NCBI GenBank assembly: GCA_965223845.1
Contig: CBDCXR010000004.1
Location: forward strand, 1,440,001-1,504,000
Direction of reading: 5' to 3'
DNA: 64,000 nucleotides
From: Planctomycetota bacterium
GTDB lineage: Bacteria > Planctomycetota > UBA8108 > SXIK01
The notes under the pieces were generated by a model. It was given only the letters and a program-made list of their open reading frames with translations. It ran no database searches and was not told the DNA's origin. The number at the start of each line of letters is the position of its first letter. Positions within the stretch are counted from its first letter, which is position 1. Made by a program: the position numbers and the translations under genes. This document shows, one piece after another, positions 29,054-40,400 of this stretch.

Positions 29054-30958
29054 CTAGAAGCGCCGGCGCCGCGGTGCGCGCGAACCGAGCCAGCCTTCGC
29101 GCCGCTCCGCTGCGTCGGCATCGAGAACCTTGCCGCGGGCTTCGAAGGTCACGAGTTCGAGGCGGGGATCTTCGGCGAGAACGATCTCCCCCGAGCGGCG
29201 CTCGCCGCGCTGAACGAACTCTATGGGGATGCGATCTCCCGGTGAGCGCTCGGCGACGAGGTCACGGAGCGCGTCGGGATCCTTCACGGAAGTCCCGCCG
29301 GCGCGGACGATCGTGTCTCCTCGTTCGACGCCCGCACGATAGAGAGGAGACCCGACGCGAGTTGCGCTGAGGACGCGGAGTCCGTCATCCGCGGCGTCGA
29401 GCCGGGCGAAACCGATGAATGCGCGTCCGGCGTGTCGTCTCCCGAGCTCGAGCCCGAAGGCCGCGAGGAGAGGAGTGTAGTCGATCACTTCACGGCCGTA
29501 CACGAAGCGCGCGAAGAATCGTTTGGCAAAGGTCGAATCGCCCGTCAGCTCGCCGAGGATCCGTTCGAGGTCTTCGTTTCGGTACGGGATCTCCTCGACG
29601 CCGTGCTTCCGCCACACCGCGCGCAGATAGGCGTCGAGCGTCGCCGGGGCGTGCTCCGTTCGAAGGAGGAGATCGAGTCCCAGCGCGATCGCCGCGCCGT
29701 GCGTGTAGTACGAAAGAAACGTGTTCACAAAATTGTGCCGATCGATCGAAGTCGCAGCATCGACCAGCGGCGCCTGGAGACTCATTTCGACGGCGGAATG
29801 GTAGCGCGTCGCGGGGGAGAGGAGGACTCGCTCGATGGTCCGTCCGAAGCTCGCTGCGAGCGCGTCGAGCGACAGTTGGCCGGCGCGGTGTGCGGTCAGT
29901 CGATCGAAGTAGCTCGTGAATCCCTCGGCGAACCAGAGCTCTCCGCAGGGGTTGGCGCGCTCGAAGCGAAAGGGCTCGATCGAGGCCGGACGGATGCGCT
30001 CGACGTTCCACGCATGAAAGAATTCGTGAGAGAGCGTGAGGAGAAGCTGCGCCGCGTTTCCTTCGAGCGGTCGGCTGCTCGTGAGGATCGTCGAGTTGCG
30101 ATGCTCCATGCCGTCGCCGCTCGCGTAGGGATGGTAGTCGGCGATGAAGGTGTACCGCCCTCCCTCGAAGCGCGGGAGCTCGCCGAAGATCGCGATCTGC
30201 TCACGGACGACGGCCTCTGCCGCGCGAGCGTAGTCGACGACCGCCTGCGGTGTGCCGGGATGGTGCACGGCGAGACGGATTTCCTGTCGGTTGTCGCCCT
30301 CTCCTGCGTGAAACGAGTGCACATGGTGCGCACTCACTTCGGTGGGGCTATCGAGAAAGTAGTCGAGGTCGGGGGCCGTGAAGACTTCCGGATCGCCGGT
30401 GGGGAGAAGCTGCGTGGCGACTCGCCACTCGGGAACCGGACGGCGAAAGCGAATCCGTATCGCGCGCTCTTCCGTGCCTCCGATCCATGCGAACGTGGCG
30501 GGCATGTTGAGATGCGCGTGATTCGAGTCGATCGCGGCGTACGTGCCGTCGCAGCGATCGCCGAAGAGCGTGTAGCGAACCGTTAGCGTGCCGTCATGAC
30601 CGCCGGCTATCGTCCAGCGGTAAGTTCCGTCGCGCGTGACGGCGAGCGGTCGATCGTTGCCGTCGGTCGCCCTCACCGAGTACACGTTCTTCACGAATTC
30701 GTGGAGCGCGTAGCGTCCGGGTGAGCTTCGGCTCATGTGAAGCTTTGCCGGCCCCTCCGGAAGCGCGCTCACGCGAATCGCGACCTCTGCTTCGTGGTGG
30801 GCGCGATTCGGAAAGGCGATCGAGTATTCGATCGGCTCCGAGGCGAGCAGCGAGGGAGCGATCAGTGCCGCCAGCGCAGTCGCCCATCGCACGACCGCTC
30901 GGGGCCGATGGGGGCGCCTCTCGCACGGAGGCTGGAGTCGATTCGGTAGGCGAGACAT
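29054..30958 (-). CDS. M61 family metallopeptidase (glycyl aminopeptidase-like) with PDZ domain
   Basis: SSPGRY, GMEHRNST, SHEFFHAWNVERIRP, LWFAEGFTSY; C-terminal GSPLYRAGVERGD PDZ. Confidence 0.92.
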   Translation of the reverse strand: MSRLPNRLQPPCERRPHRPRAVVRWATALAALIAPSLLASEPIEYSIAFPNRAHHEAEVAIRVSALPEGPAKLHMSRSSPGRYALHEFVKNVYSVRATDGNDRPLAVTRDGTYRWTIAGGHDGTLTVRYTLFGDRCDGTYAAIDSNHAHLNMPATFAWIGGTEERAIRIRFRRPVPEWRVATQLLPTGDPEVFTAPDLDYFLDSPTEVSAHHVHSFHAGEGDNRQEIRLAVHHPGTPQAVVDYARAAEAVVREQIAIFGELPRFEGGRYTFIADYHPYASGDGMEHRNSTILTSSRPLEGNAAQLLLTLSHEFFHAWNVERIRPASIEPFRFERANPCGELWFAEGFTSYFDRLTAHRAGQLSLDALAASFGRTIERVLLSPATRYHSAVEMSLQAPLVDAATSIDRHNFVNTFLSYYTHGAAIALGLDLLLRTEHAPATLDAYLRAVWRKHGVEEIPYRNEDLERILGELTGDSTFAKRFFARFVYGREVIDYTPLLAAFGLELGRRHAGRAFIGFARLDAADDGLRVLSATRVGSPLYRAGVERGDTIVRAGGTSVKDPDALRDLVAERSPGDRIPIEFVQRGERRSGEIVLAEDPRLELVTFEARGKVLDADAAERREGWLGSRAPRRRRF

Positions 30959-31142
30959 AGCGAAGAACTCTCAACGAAGTCCGAACTCTACCACGAGCGA
31001 ATCGATCCTGCGCCTCGACTTTTTCGGCCCCTGCTCGCGGGAGGTGGAGACTGAAAGTTGAAGGTCGACGCGGCGCGATTCCGAGAATACCGGTGATCAG
31101 GATCTCGCCCGCGTGACCTACGACCGAGAGGAACCAAGAATC

Positions 31143-31565
31143 ATGCCGAAGCGAACCAAACCCCACTCCCCGAAATCCGCCGCGACCCTTGCGGCGTCCG
31201 ATCCGCCCGCTAGCACCCGCGGCGAATCGCGCGAGCGTCTTCAGATCCACTACGAGAAGAGCTCACAGTTCCGCACGGTCTACATGACCGGTGCGATTGG
31301 CGGCGTCACGCCGGACGGAACGATCCGAGCCGCGCTGTACAACCAGCGCCTCCCGCTTCCGCGGCGAACACTGAGCGAAATGAGCGACGGCCGCGCGTTC
31401 GAGATTCCCGAGGAACGTGAAGTCGATTCAGGTTTCGTGCGCGAGATCGAAGCCGACGTCGTCATGGACCTCACGACGGCGAAGTCGTTTCGCGACTGGC
31501 TGAGCCACCGGATCCACCAGCTCGAAAACGCGATCGCGACACCGAGCGGACCGGATCGGCAGTAG
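31143..31565 (+). CDS. Small hypothetical protein (DUF3467-like)
   Basis: YEKSSQFRTVYMTGAIGGVTPDG...REIEADVVMDLTTAKSFRDWL; RBS GAGAGGA. Confidence 0.65.
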   Translation: MPKRTKPHSPKSAATLAASDPPASTRGESRERLQIHYEKSSQFRTVYMTGAIGGVTPDGTIRAALYNQRLPLPRRTLSEMSDGRAFEIPEEREVDSGFVREIEADVVMDLTTAKSFRDWLSHRIHQLENAIATPSGPDRQ

Positions 31566-31762
31566 ATCGCACCCGGACAGGCGCTCTCGCGGCAATCGCC
31601 AGCCGCGATGCCCGTACGAAACGGTCCATCTTCTGGACACCTATCCGTTGCGGGTCGATCGGCCGCGTTGAACGGCGGACGACGCTCGGTCCGCGTTCGG
31701 ACCGCGCGGTGATGGAGGGATTCGACCGCACCCGAGTCTCGTCGGCGACGGCCGGCGGCTCA

Positions 31763-31796
31763 GGTGGAGCTCGAACTTTGACCGTCGAGCTCCACC
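31763..31796. repeat. 12-bp perfect inverted repeat (stem-loop)
   Basis: GGTGGAGCTCGA-N10-TCGAGCTCCACC in the intergenic region upstream of the PhoD-like gene. Confidence 0.5.
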
Positions 31797-31919
31797 GCGC
31801 CCGTTGGGATCGTCCGGCGATCTCGTAGAATGACCGTCGATCCGCCGCCCTGCGGGCGCGTCGCAGCGACGGGACGCGATCGCAACGCTCAGCGAAAACG
31901 ACGAGGAATCACGCGAACG

Positions 31920-34487
31920 ATGATGGATCTTGCTATCGAACTCCGGGCTCGGCGGATCGAAGTCGTGCGCCTCGGACTCTTCTGCGGGCTCACTTTCGCG
32001 TTCGGAGCCGGAGGCGACCTCCAGAGTGCGGATCTCTTCGCCGAGCTCCCCGCAACTGGGCAGCGGGTTTGGATCGGGCCGGCGTTCTGGGCCAATCGGC
32101 TTCAAGATTGGCAACTGAGCTCCGGGCGCATCGAGTGCGTGGAGGGACGGCAGGCTAAGCCGATGCGGACGGTGCACGTTCTTACGCATCGGGTGGGCGA
32201 CCAGAGCGGCTCGCTGCGACTGGAGGTCGTCACGGGGGAAGTCGAAGCGTCGAATGCCCGTGCCGGCACGGCGGCGGCGGGATTCCTCATCGGCGCTGGA
32301 GGGAACAGTCTCGACTACCGAGCCGCCGCGCTCGTTCACCACAGTCCGGGTCCGGGGGCCGGAGTCTTTTGCGGGGTCGATCGCGCGGGGCGTACCTTCA
32401 TTCGCGACCACTCCGCACCATCGCCGCCGCCGGATCGCACCGCCGCGCGTGCGCTAGCGTCGGTGCGTCTCGTACTCGATCTCGAACCCGCCGGAGATGC
32501 CTATCGCGTGACACTCCGCGGTCTCGATTCGGCGAGCGGAGAACCACTCAGCGAAACGACGGCAACGATTGAGGCTGCGCGCGCGGTGGGTGGGATCGCC
32601 CTCGTTTCCCATCCGGGCGAAGAACGAGCGCGCTTTTGGTTCCGCGGCCTCGAGGTGAGCGGTACGAAGCTCGACATCGACGCCTCCCGCACGGCCGGTC
32701 CGGTTCTCTCGACTCAGTACACTCTCTCGCGCGGGATCCTCAAGCTCACCGCGCAGCTCATGCCGATCGGACTCGCGCAGGACCGGAGCGTCACGCTCGA
32801 AGTGAACGCAGGCGACGGCTGGAAGAACATCGCCACGGCGGAAGTCATCGCGCCCGGCTGGACCGCGACGTTCCGCCTGCCGGGGTGGGACGACAGCCGC
32901 GATCTCCCGTACCGAGTGACGCACGAAGGACGTTCGTGGGGCGGAACGATCCGGCGCGACCCGGTGGACAAGCGGACGATCGTCGTCGCCGGCTTCACCG
33001 GGAATCACAACTGTCGCCGGGGAGTCGACCGGCGCGGTCCCTACTACTGGCTGCGCGGCTTGTGGTTTCCGCACGACGATCTCGTCGCGAATCTCGTTCG
33101 GCACGAACCCGACGTCCTCTTCTTCAGCGGTGATCAGGTTTACGAGGGGGCGAGTCCGACGGGCGTCGACCGCGCGAACGTCTATCTCGATTATCTCTAT
33201 AAGTGGTACCTCTGGTGCTGGGCGTTCCGCGATCTTTCGCGAGACATTCCGACGGTGACGATCCCCGACGACCACGACGTCTACCAAGGGAATCTCTGGG
33301 GCGAAGGTGGACGCAAGACCGACAAGGACGACAAGGGAGGCTACGTCTGGCCCGCACCATTCGTCCGCATGGTCGAGCGCACGCAGACGGCGAACCTTCC
33401 CGATCCGTACGATCCGACCCCGATCGCGCAGGAGATCGGAGTCTACTACACCGGAATGACGTACGGACGGATCAGCTTCGCGGTGCTCGAGGACCGGAAG
33501 TTTAAGAGCGGTTGCTCGGGACGCGTGCCGCCGTCGGGAAGTCGTCGCGCCGACCACATCGTCGACGAGGAGTTTGACGTCATGAAGGCGGACGTGCCGG
33601 GAGTTCAGCTCCTCGGACGGCGTCAGCTCGACTTTCTCGCAGACTGGGCGGCCGACTGGCGCGGCGCCGACATGAAGGTCGCGCTTTCCCAGACCGTGTT
33701 CGGTGGTATGGCCACGCACCACGGCGGAAACTTGCAGTACCTGCGCGCCGACCTCGACTCGAACGGCTGGCCGCAGTCCGGTCGGAGACGAGCGCTCGAG
33801 GAGCTACGGCGCGGGTTCGCGTTCCATCTCGCGGGCGATCAACACCTCGCGACGATCGTTCACCACGGAATCGACGATTGGGAGGACGCCGGGTGGTCGT
33901 TTGCGGTGCCGTCGATCGCGAACTTCTATCCGCGCAAGTGGGAGCCGAAGACGGCCGGGGAGAACCGCGAGCCCGGAGCGCCGGAGTACACCGGTCGCCA
34001 TCGTGACGGACTCATGAACCGAGTCACCGTGTTCGGCGCGTCGAATCCGGGTCGATCGACGGGGCGCGAGCCGAAAGATCTCCACGATAGCATGCCCGGG
34101 TACGGGATCCTGCGGCTCGACAAGGAGACGCGAACCATCCGCGTCGAGTGCTGGCCGCGCTACGCCGTTCCCGGCCGCGATGCGCAGTACGAGGGTTGGC
34201 CGCGCGTAGTGACTCAGCAGTCGAACTACGGTCGCGCCGCCCGCGCTTATTTGCCGCGGCTGGAGATCTCCGGCATGGAGGATCCGGTGGTGCAGGTCAT
34301 CGCGGAAGCGACGGGCGAGGTGGTGTACACGATTCGTATCCGCGGTCGCGAGTTTCACCCCTGGGTGTTCGCGCCGGGACGCTACCGCGTCGCCGTCGGC
34401 GAGCCCGGGACGCGCCGATGGAAATCACTCCCCGATCTCGAGGCCGCTTCGCGCGAGTCGGCCGGCGAGCTGCGAGTCGATCTGTGA
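31920..34487 (+). CDS. PhoD-like alkaline phosphatase D family protein with extra N- and C-terminal domains
   Basis: FSGDQVYE, IPDDHDVYQGN, LEDRKFK, DSNGWP, LAGDQH metallophosphoesterase motifs; start uncertain. Confidence 0.82.
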   Translation: MMDLAIELRARRIEVVRLGLFCGLTFAFGAGGDLQSADLFAELPATGQRVWIGPAFWANRLQDWQLSSGRIECVEGRQAKPMRTVHVLTHRVGDQSGSLRLEVVTGEVEASNARAGTAAAGFLIGAGGNSLDYRAAALVHHSPGPGAGVFCGVDRAGRTFIRDHSAPSPPPDRTAARALASVRLVLDLEPAGDAYRVTLRGLDSASGEPLSETTATIEAARAVGGIALVSHPGEERARFWFRGLEVSGTKLDIDASRTAGPVLSTQYTLSRGILKLTAQLMPIGLAQDRSVTLEVNAGDGWKNIATAEVIAPGWTATFRLPGWDDSRDLPYRVTHEGRSWGGTIRRDPVDKRTIVVAGFTGNHNCRRGVDRRGPYYWLRGLWFPHDDLVANLVRHEPDVLFFSGDQVYEGASPTGVDRANVYLDYLYKWYLWCWAFRDLSRDIPTVTIPDDHDVYQGNLWGEGGRKTDKDDKGGYVWPAPFVRMVERTQTANLPDPYDPTPIAQEIGVYYTGMTYGRISFAVLEDRKFKSGCSGRVPPSGSRRADHIVDEEFDVMKADVPGVQLLGRRQLDFLADWAADWRGADMKVALSQTVFGGMATHHGGNLQYLRADLDSNGWPQSGRRRALEELRRGFAFHLAGDQHLATIVHHGIDDWEDAGWSFAVPSIANFYPRKWEPKTAGENREPGAPEYTGRHRDGLMNRVTVFGASNPGRSTGREPKDLHDSMPGYGILRLDKETRTIRVECWPRYAVPGRDAQYEGWPRVVTQQSNYGRAARAYLPRLEISGMEDPVVQVIAEATGEVVYTIRIRGREFHPWVFAPGRYRVAVGEPGTRRWKSLPDLEAASRESAGELRVDL

Positions 34488-37400
34488 AGCGCTGCGTCAC
34501 ACCGGCGAGTGCGACGAACCGCACGCTTCTCTGGAGCGCCGCGCTGTGCTCGGCCGCGATCCTCGCGCTGCCGCTGCGAGCCGCCACGTTCGAAGCGGAC
34601 GCGGACGGGAAAGGATCCGAGTCGAGGAAGATCGTCCTCATCGCCGGTCCGATCACGGGTCACCCGAAAGATACGCACGAGTACGAGAAGAGCGTCGTCT
34701 TGCTCAAGCATCTGCTCGATCGTGCGCCGAATCTGCGCGGTCTCCTGGTCGAGGCGCACTTCGGAGGCTGGCCGCGAGACGAGTCTACCCTCGATGACGC
34801 CGACTCGATCGTCTTGATCTCCGACGGAGGAGACCGGAACGAAGAGAGCCACCCCCTCTACGTCGGCAATCGAATGGAGACCATCGCACGGCAGATGAAT
34901 CGGGGCTGCGGCTTCGTGAACTTTCACTGGACGACTTTCCATCCCGCGCGCGAGCACGACCGGATCACCGAGTGGGTCGGCGGGTACTTCGACTACGAGA
35001 CCGGACCCGCGCCGCGCAAGTGGTACTCGGCGATCGAGACGAAGGAGTGGCCGGTCGCGCTGCCGTCTCCGCGTCACCCCATCGCGCGGGGGGTTCGACC
35101 GTTCCGAGTCCGCGAGGAGTTCTACTACCGCATCCGTTTTCGCGACGTGGATCCACGGCTCGTTCCGCTCGCCGCGGTGGCCGATGGCCGCGAGGGGGTC
35201 GTGGGGTGGGCCGTCGAACGAGACGACGGCGGCCGCGGATTCGGTTTCACCGGGGGACACTTCTACGCGAACTGGTGGAACACCGACTTTCGCCGATTCA
35301 TCCTGAACGCGATCGTGTGGTCGAGCGGCGCCGAAGTGCCGCCGGGCGGGGTCGAGTCGAACTTGGAAGAACGATTCCGAACCCTCGTCGTGACGGGTCA
35401 TAACCATCCCGCGCACGACTGGCGATCGGTCACGGAAGCACTCATCGGAGTCATCGAGCAAGATCCTCGTGCGATCGTCCATGTCACGGAGAATCCCGAG
35501 CGCCTCGGCGAATCTGGCCTCGAGGCGTACCGAACCCTCGTCTTCAATTATTCGAATTGGGAGCGTCCGGGCCTCAGCGACCGCGCGAAGAAGGGACTCG
35601 TGGACTACCTCTCGTCGGGCGGGGGATTGACGGTAGTTCACTTCGCGAACGGCGCGTTTCATTACTCGCTTCCCCGAAAGGATTCCGATTGGGAGGAGTA
35701 CCGCACTCGCATCGTGCGGCGCGTCTGGGTTCACGGCGAGGGAAAGAGCGGACACGATCCGTACGGTCCTTTTCGCGTCGAGATCGCGGACGTCGAGCAC
35801 GAGGTGACGCGAGGCCTCGAATCGTTCGACACCGTGGACGAGCTGTACTTTCGCCAGGAGGGCCCCCTTCCCGTTGTTCCGCTCGCAAACGCGCGATCCA
35901 AAGTGACCGGGAACGTCGAGCCACTCGCGTGGACCTACGACTACGGACGTGGGCGAGTGTTTCAGACTCTGCTCGGACATGCGGCGGAGTCGGTTCGGCG
36001 CGCCGGCGCGCTCATCCGCCGCGGGACCGTCTGGTCGGCGCGGTCTTCTCCGCTCGGATTCGATCCACCGCCCGAGATCGTCGAGGGCATGCTCTTTCGC
36101 GCGGGAAGTCCGTGGACTGCGGCGGAATCGCGAGCGCGTGCCGAGGCGAACGAAGCGAAAGGCGAGGAGCCGGTGCGCGAGAAAGCGGACGAGCCCGCAG
36201 AAGACGGTTCTGAGTCGGCCGGTGGAGACAAGAGCGCGTCCGAGGGAGTGTTGCCGCCGAACCCCGGGCTCGACGGTGGTCTCGGTGGGCACTGGGGAAT
36301 CAAGAACGATGGCGACTGGAAAGACGGGCGTTGGAATCAAATGGACGTCGGCTCGCTCGTGAGCTCGTCGCTTCGCACGCCCGCCGGCCTCGCTCTCAAG
36401 TCTCTGGCGCTTCGCCTCGGCGACGACGCATCCGCTGCGGCGGCCTTCGATACGGCCGATCTCGCGTATCGGGTTGCGTGGACGGGCGAGTTCATTTCGT
36501 TCGACCCGCAGCGGTTTGGGGTGATCGCGATGCCGAGGATCGCGGGAACGATCGAGCTCATCGGCGCCGAAGGGAAGGCGTGGGGAGATGCCGCCACTCG
36601 CTATCGTCGACTCTACCGAGGTGCGCGGCCCGTGCTCGAGTACGAGGTGAACGGGATTCGCATCCGCGACGCGCCGTGGGCGGATCACCTCGGAGAGCTG
36701 CGAGCATTCACGCGAGACTTCGCTGTCGCCCCGCGCGATCGGAGTCTCGCGACCGTTTTGTGTACGGGAACGGCAGCCGCGAAACTGAACTCGAGGCACT
36801 TTCAGCGCGCCCTCGTCCCCGCGAAGGGCGATCACGTCAACGCGATCGCACTCCTCGGGGCGGAAGCTGCGGAGGCGTGGCTTCGGGTCGACGGACCGAA
36901 AGTGATTCTCGAGTTCGGTCCAGCGACGAAGCCGACTTCGTGTCGCGTCGTTCTCGCTCGCGTGCCGCGTGCCGGCGTCGACGAGTTTTTCCGATCCGCC
37001 GCGGAACTCTCTCGCCCGTCTCCCTCGACGGCGATCGCGGCGGCCATGATGCCGTCGCGCCCTCGCTGGAAGACGCTCAAGACGTCAGGGCGGCTCGGTG
37101 CGGGCTCGGGTGCCTACGTCATCGATACGATCGATCTCCCACTCGAGAATCCCTACCGCGCGCTCTTCTTCCTGAGCGGTCACGATTTCTTCCGCGACGG
37201 TAGAGCGGCCGTGAGCACTCTTCACGGCGACGTGTGGATCGCGAGCGGGCTCGACGCGGATCTCGGAGAGATCGAGTGGCGGCGTTTCGCAACCGGCCTC
37301 TACCAGCCGCTCGGACTGAAGATCGTTCGCGACGAAGTGTACGTGCGCGGTCGCGATCAGATCACTCGACTCTCCGATCGCAACGGCGACGGTGAAGCGG

Positions 37401-40400
37401 ATTTGTACGAGGCGTTTTCCCACACGACGAAGACGACCGCGAACGGACACGATTACGTCTCCTCTCTCGAGACCGATGCGAGCGGGAACTTCTACTACGT
37501 GAGCCCGCGTGGTCTTCACCGCGTGGCGCCGGACGGATCGAGTGAACAAGTCATCGCCACCGGTTGGCGGAACCCGAACGGGCTTTCCGTCAGCGCGGAG
37601 GGCGTGATCACCGTCGCCCCGCAGGAGGGCGAGTGGACTCCGGCATCGCAGATCGTCGAAGTAAAGCTCGGCGGCTACTACGGCTATCCGGGGCCGCGAC
37701 CCGACGTGTCGAGGCCGCGCGGATACGATCTTCCGCTCTGCTATCTGCCGCGCGGCGTGGACAACTCGACCGGCGGTCAGGTGTGGGTCGAACGAGTTGA
37801 CTGGGGGCCGCTCTCCGGACAACTGCTCAGCTTTTCGTTCGGAACGAGCTCGATGCAGCTCATTCTTCGCGACCGCGTCGGCGATCAGCCGCAAGGCGCA
37901 GTCGTCAAGCTCGACGGACGATTCCGATCCGGCGCGATGCGTGGCCGGTTTCATCCACGGACGGGCGATCTCTACGTCAGTGGCATGCAGGGCTGGGTAA
38001 CGAACGCGGTCGAAGACGGTTGCCTTGAGCGTGTCCGCTACACTGGGGCGCCACTCGCGCTTCCGACCGACTACCGCGTGCACGAGAACGGCCTCTGGCT
38101 TCGCTTCAGCGAGCCGCTCGACGCCGCGACCGCTGGAGATGCGGGGAGCTACCGGCTCGAAGCGTGGAATTACGAGTACGCGAAGACCTACGGTTCGAAG
38201 GAGTACTCCGCCCGTCACCCGAAGCGAGAGGGACACGATCCCGTGTCGCTTCGTTCGGTCCGCGTATTCGACGGCGGTCGAGAGATCTTCCTCGAGGTTC
38301 CCGCGCTCGAACCCGTCGATCAGCTTTCGGTGAGCGCGTTTTTGGATGCGGCAGACGGTCGGGATGCTTCGATCGATCTCGTCGCGACGGTCCACGCGCT
38401 CCATCCCCCGTTCGAGCTCGAGCCGGCTCCGGCGCCGGGGGCGACCGGCGCGCGGCCGACCGCGGAAGCAGGTTCGCGAGACGACGCTCGCTCGGGGCTC
38501 GAGCTCACACTCAGACCGCTCGCGGGTGGAGAACCGGATCATCGCCGAGCTCGCCGCGCCGCGCTCTTCGTCGGCGCGGGAGAGTCGCCGAGCCCGTTCA
38601 TCGAGCCGGGCCCATTCCTCGCCGTGTTTCGCGGGGAGCTCGTTCTTCCGCAACGAGACAAAGTTCGCTTTCGTGTCCGGGGGAGTGGGCGCGCGCAGCT
38701 CGAGCTCGATGGCCGCGTCGTGTTCGAGTCGGAGAGCGACGAAAGCTCTCGCCTCGCCGAAGGCTGGAGTCCTCCCGTCCGGGTGCGCGCCGGACGGACA
38801 GCGATCGTCCTCTCCTACCGATCGCCGGACCGAGGCGACGCGACGCTTCGCCTCTACTGGGAGGGGCGGGAGTTTCGGGAAGAGACCGTGTCGGCGGAGT
38901 TTCTGTCCCATTCGCCTTCGCTCGACCTCCGACGCGCCGAGCGAGTAAGGCGCGGACGCGAGCTCGTCGCGCGTCACCGCTGCCTCGACTGTCACCGGGC
39001 GGACGCCGCCGAGCTTCGCCGGGGAATGCCCGAGCTCTCGTTCGGCGGGCCGACGCTCGACGGCATCGGGTCGCGGCTGCGTGAGGAATGGCTCGCGCGA
39101 TGGATCGAGCATCCCGCGCGCGAGCGGCCCGGCGCGACGATGCCCCGCGTGCTCGCGCCTCGCGGCGTCCTCGATGACGTTTCTCCGACGGCGACCGTGT
39201 CGATCGATCGCCGAGCGCTCGATATCGCGGCGTACCTTTCGACTCTCCGTGCCGAGGTGACTCGACGCCACGGGGGCGCTCCGCCGCGAGCGAGCGCCCG
39301 CGCGGGCGGCGATCTCTTCGCGCGTCTCGGGTGCTTCGCTTGTCACACGTTCGACTCGGACACCGCCGACGGCGAGCTCACGCCGCTCACTCACGTCGCG
39401 GCTAAGTGGCAGCCCGGTGCACTCCGAGAGTATCTCCTCGAACCGCACAGTCACTTTCCCGCGACTCGCATGCCGGACTTCGATCTGTCGGGCGCCGAAG
39501 CGGATCAGCTCGCGGCGTTTCTCCTCGCACGAACGGCAGCTTCCCCGGTCGGCGACCGGCAGCCACCGATCCGCGTTCCGGCGTCGGCCCTTCGCGGGGA
39601 CCGCGAACGAGGTCGGTCCCTCGCCGAAGCGAACGGATGCGCGAACTGTCACGAAATCCCTGGTGTCGCGCCGCAACCGGCCGCACCGTTCGAGAAGATC
39701 GCACGCCTCGATTGGTCGAAGCGAGGCTGCGCGGCGCCGCCGTCGACTCGGCGGTCGGCCGCACCTCGGCTCGAGCTCGGAGATCGCGATCGACGTGCGA
39801 TCGCGCAGTTTGGGCGCCATGCGCACAGCCTCTTTCGCCGGTCGATGGCGGAGGCGGCGGAGCGCACCGTGCGGGGGTTCGCTTGCACCGCGTGTCACGC
39901 GCGCGACGGCGAAGCGGCGCGCTGGGACGAGCGTGAAGCGGCGTTCGAGCATCTACGGATTCCGCGAGAGTCGCGGATCTCCGTCCAGACGCGACCTGCG
40001 CTCTCGTTTTTCGGGGAGCAGCTCCGCGTCCAGTGGATCGCGCGGCTCCTCGGGGGAGATCTCGGGTACCGTCTTCGCCCGTGGCTCGACGCGCGGATGC
40101 CGTCGTTCGGTCCGCTTGCTGCGAGCCTCGCGGACGGATTCGCTCACGCCGACGGATTCTCGGCTCGTCCGCGTCCGCAGCGGTCCGCGACATCGGCCGC
40201 GCGAGACTCCGCCCGAGAGGGCAAGACGCTCCTTGGCTCGGCGAGCGGACTCAGCTGCACTTCGTGCCATCCCGTTGGCTCGAGGCCGGCGGAGAACGAT
40301 CTTCACTTCGGAGTCGTGAACCTCGCGCACAGCGCGGAGCGCCTTCGTCCGGAGTTCTTCCGGCGATGGATGCTGAATCCGCAGCGCATCGCACCGGGGA

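Noticed and set aside
34148-34483. 5' extensions in the ORF track (34148, 44140, 50940, 58223, 60336, 7478, 15324)
   Set aside because: They overlap neighbouring genes or are low-complexity; downstream starts fit RBS, signal peptides or family N-termini better.
37085-39952. Long antisense and alternate-frame ORFs (e.g. 37085..39952, 17029..19458, 34382..36835, 2047..3525)
   Set aside because: They are shadows of well-supported genes, as expected in high-GC DNA with few stop codons; Arg/Pro-rich with no motifs.
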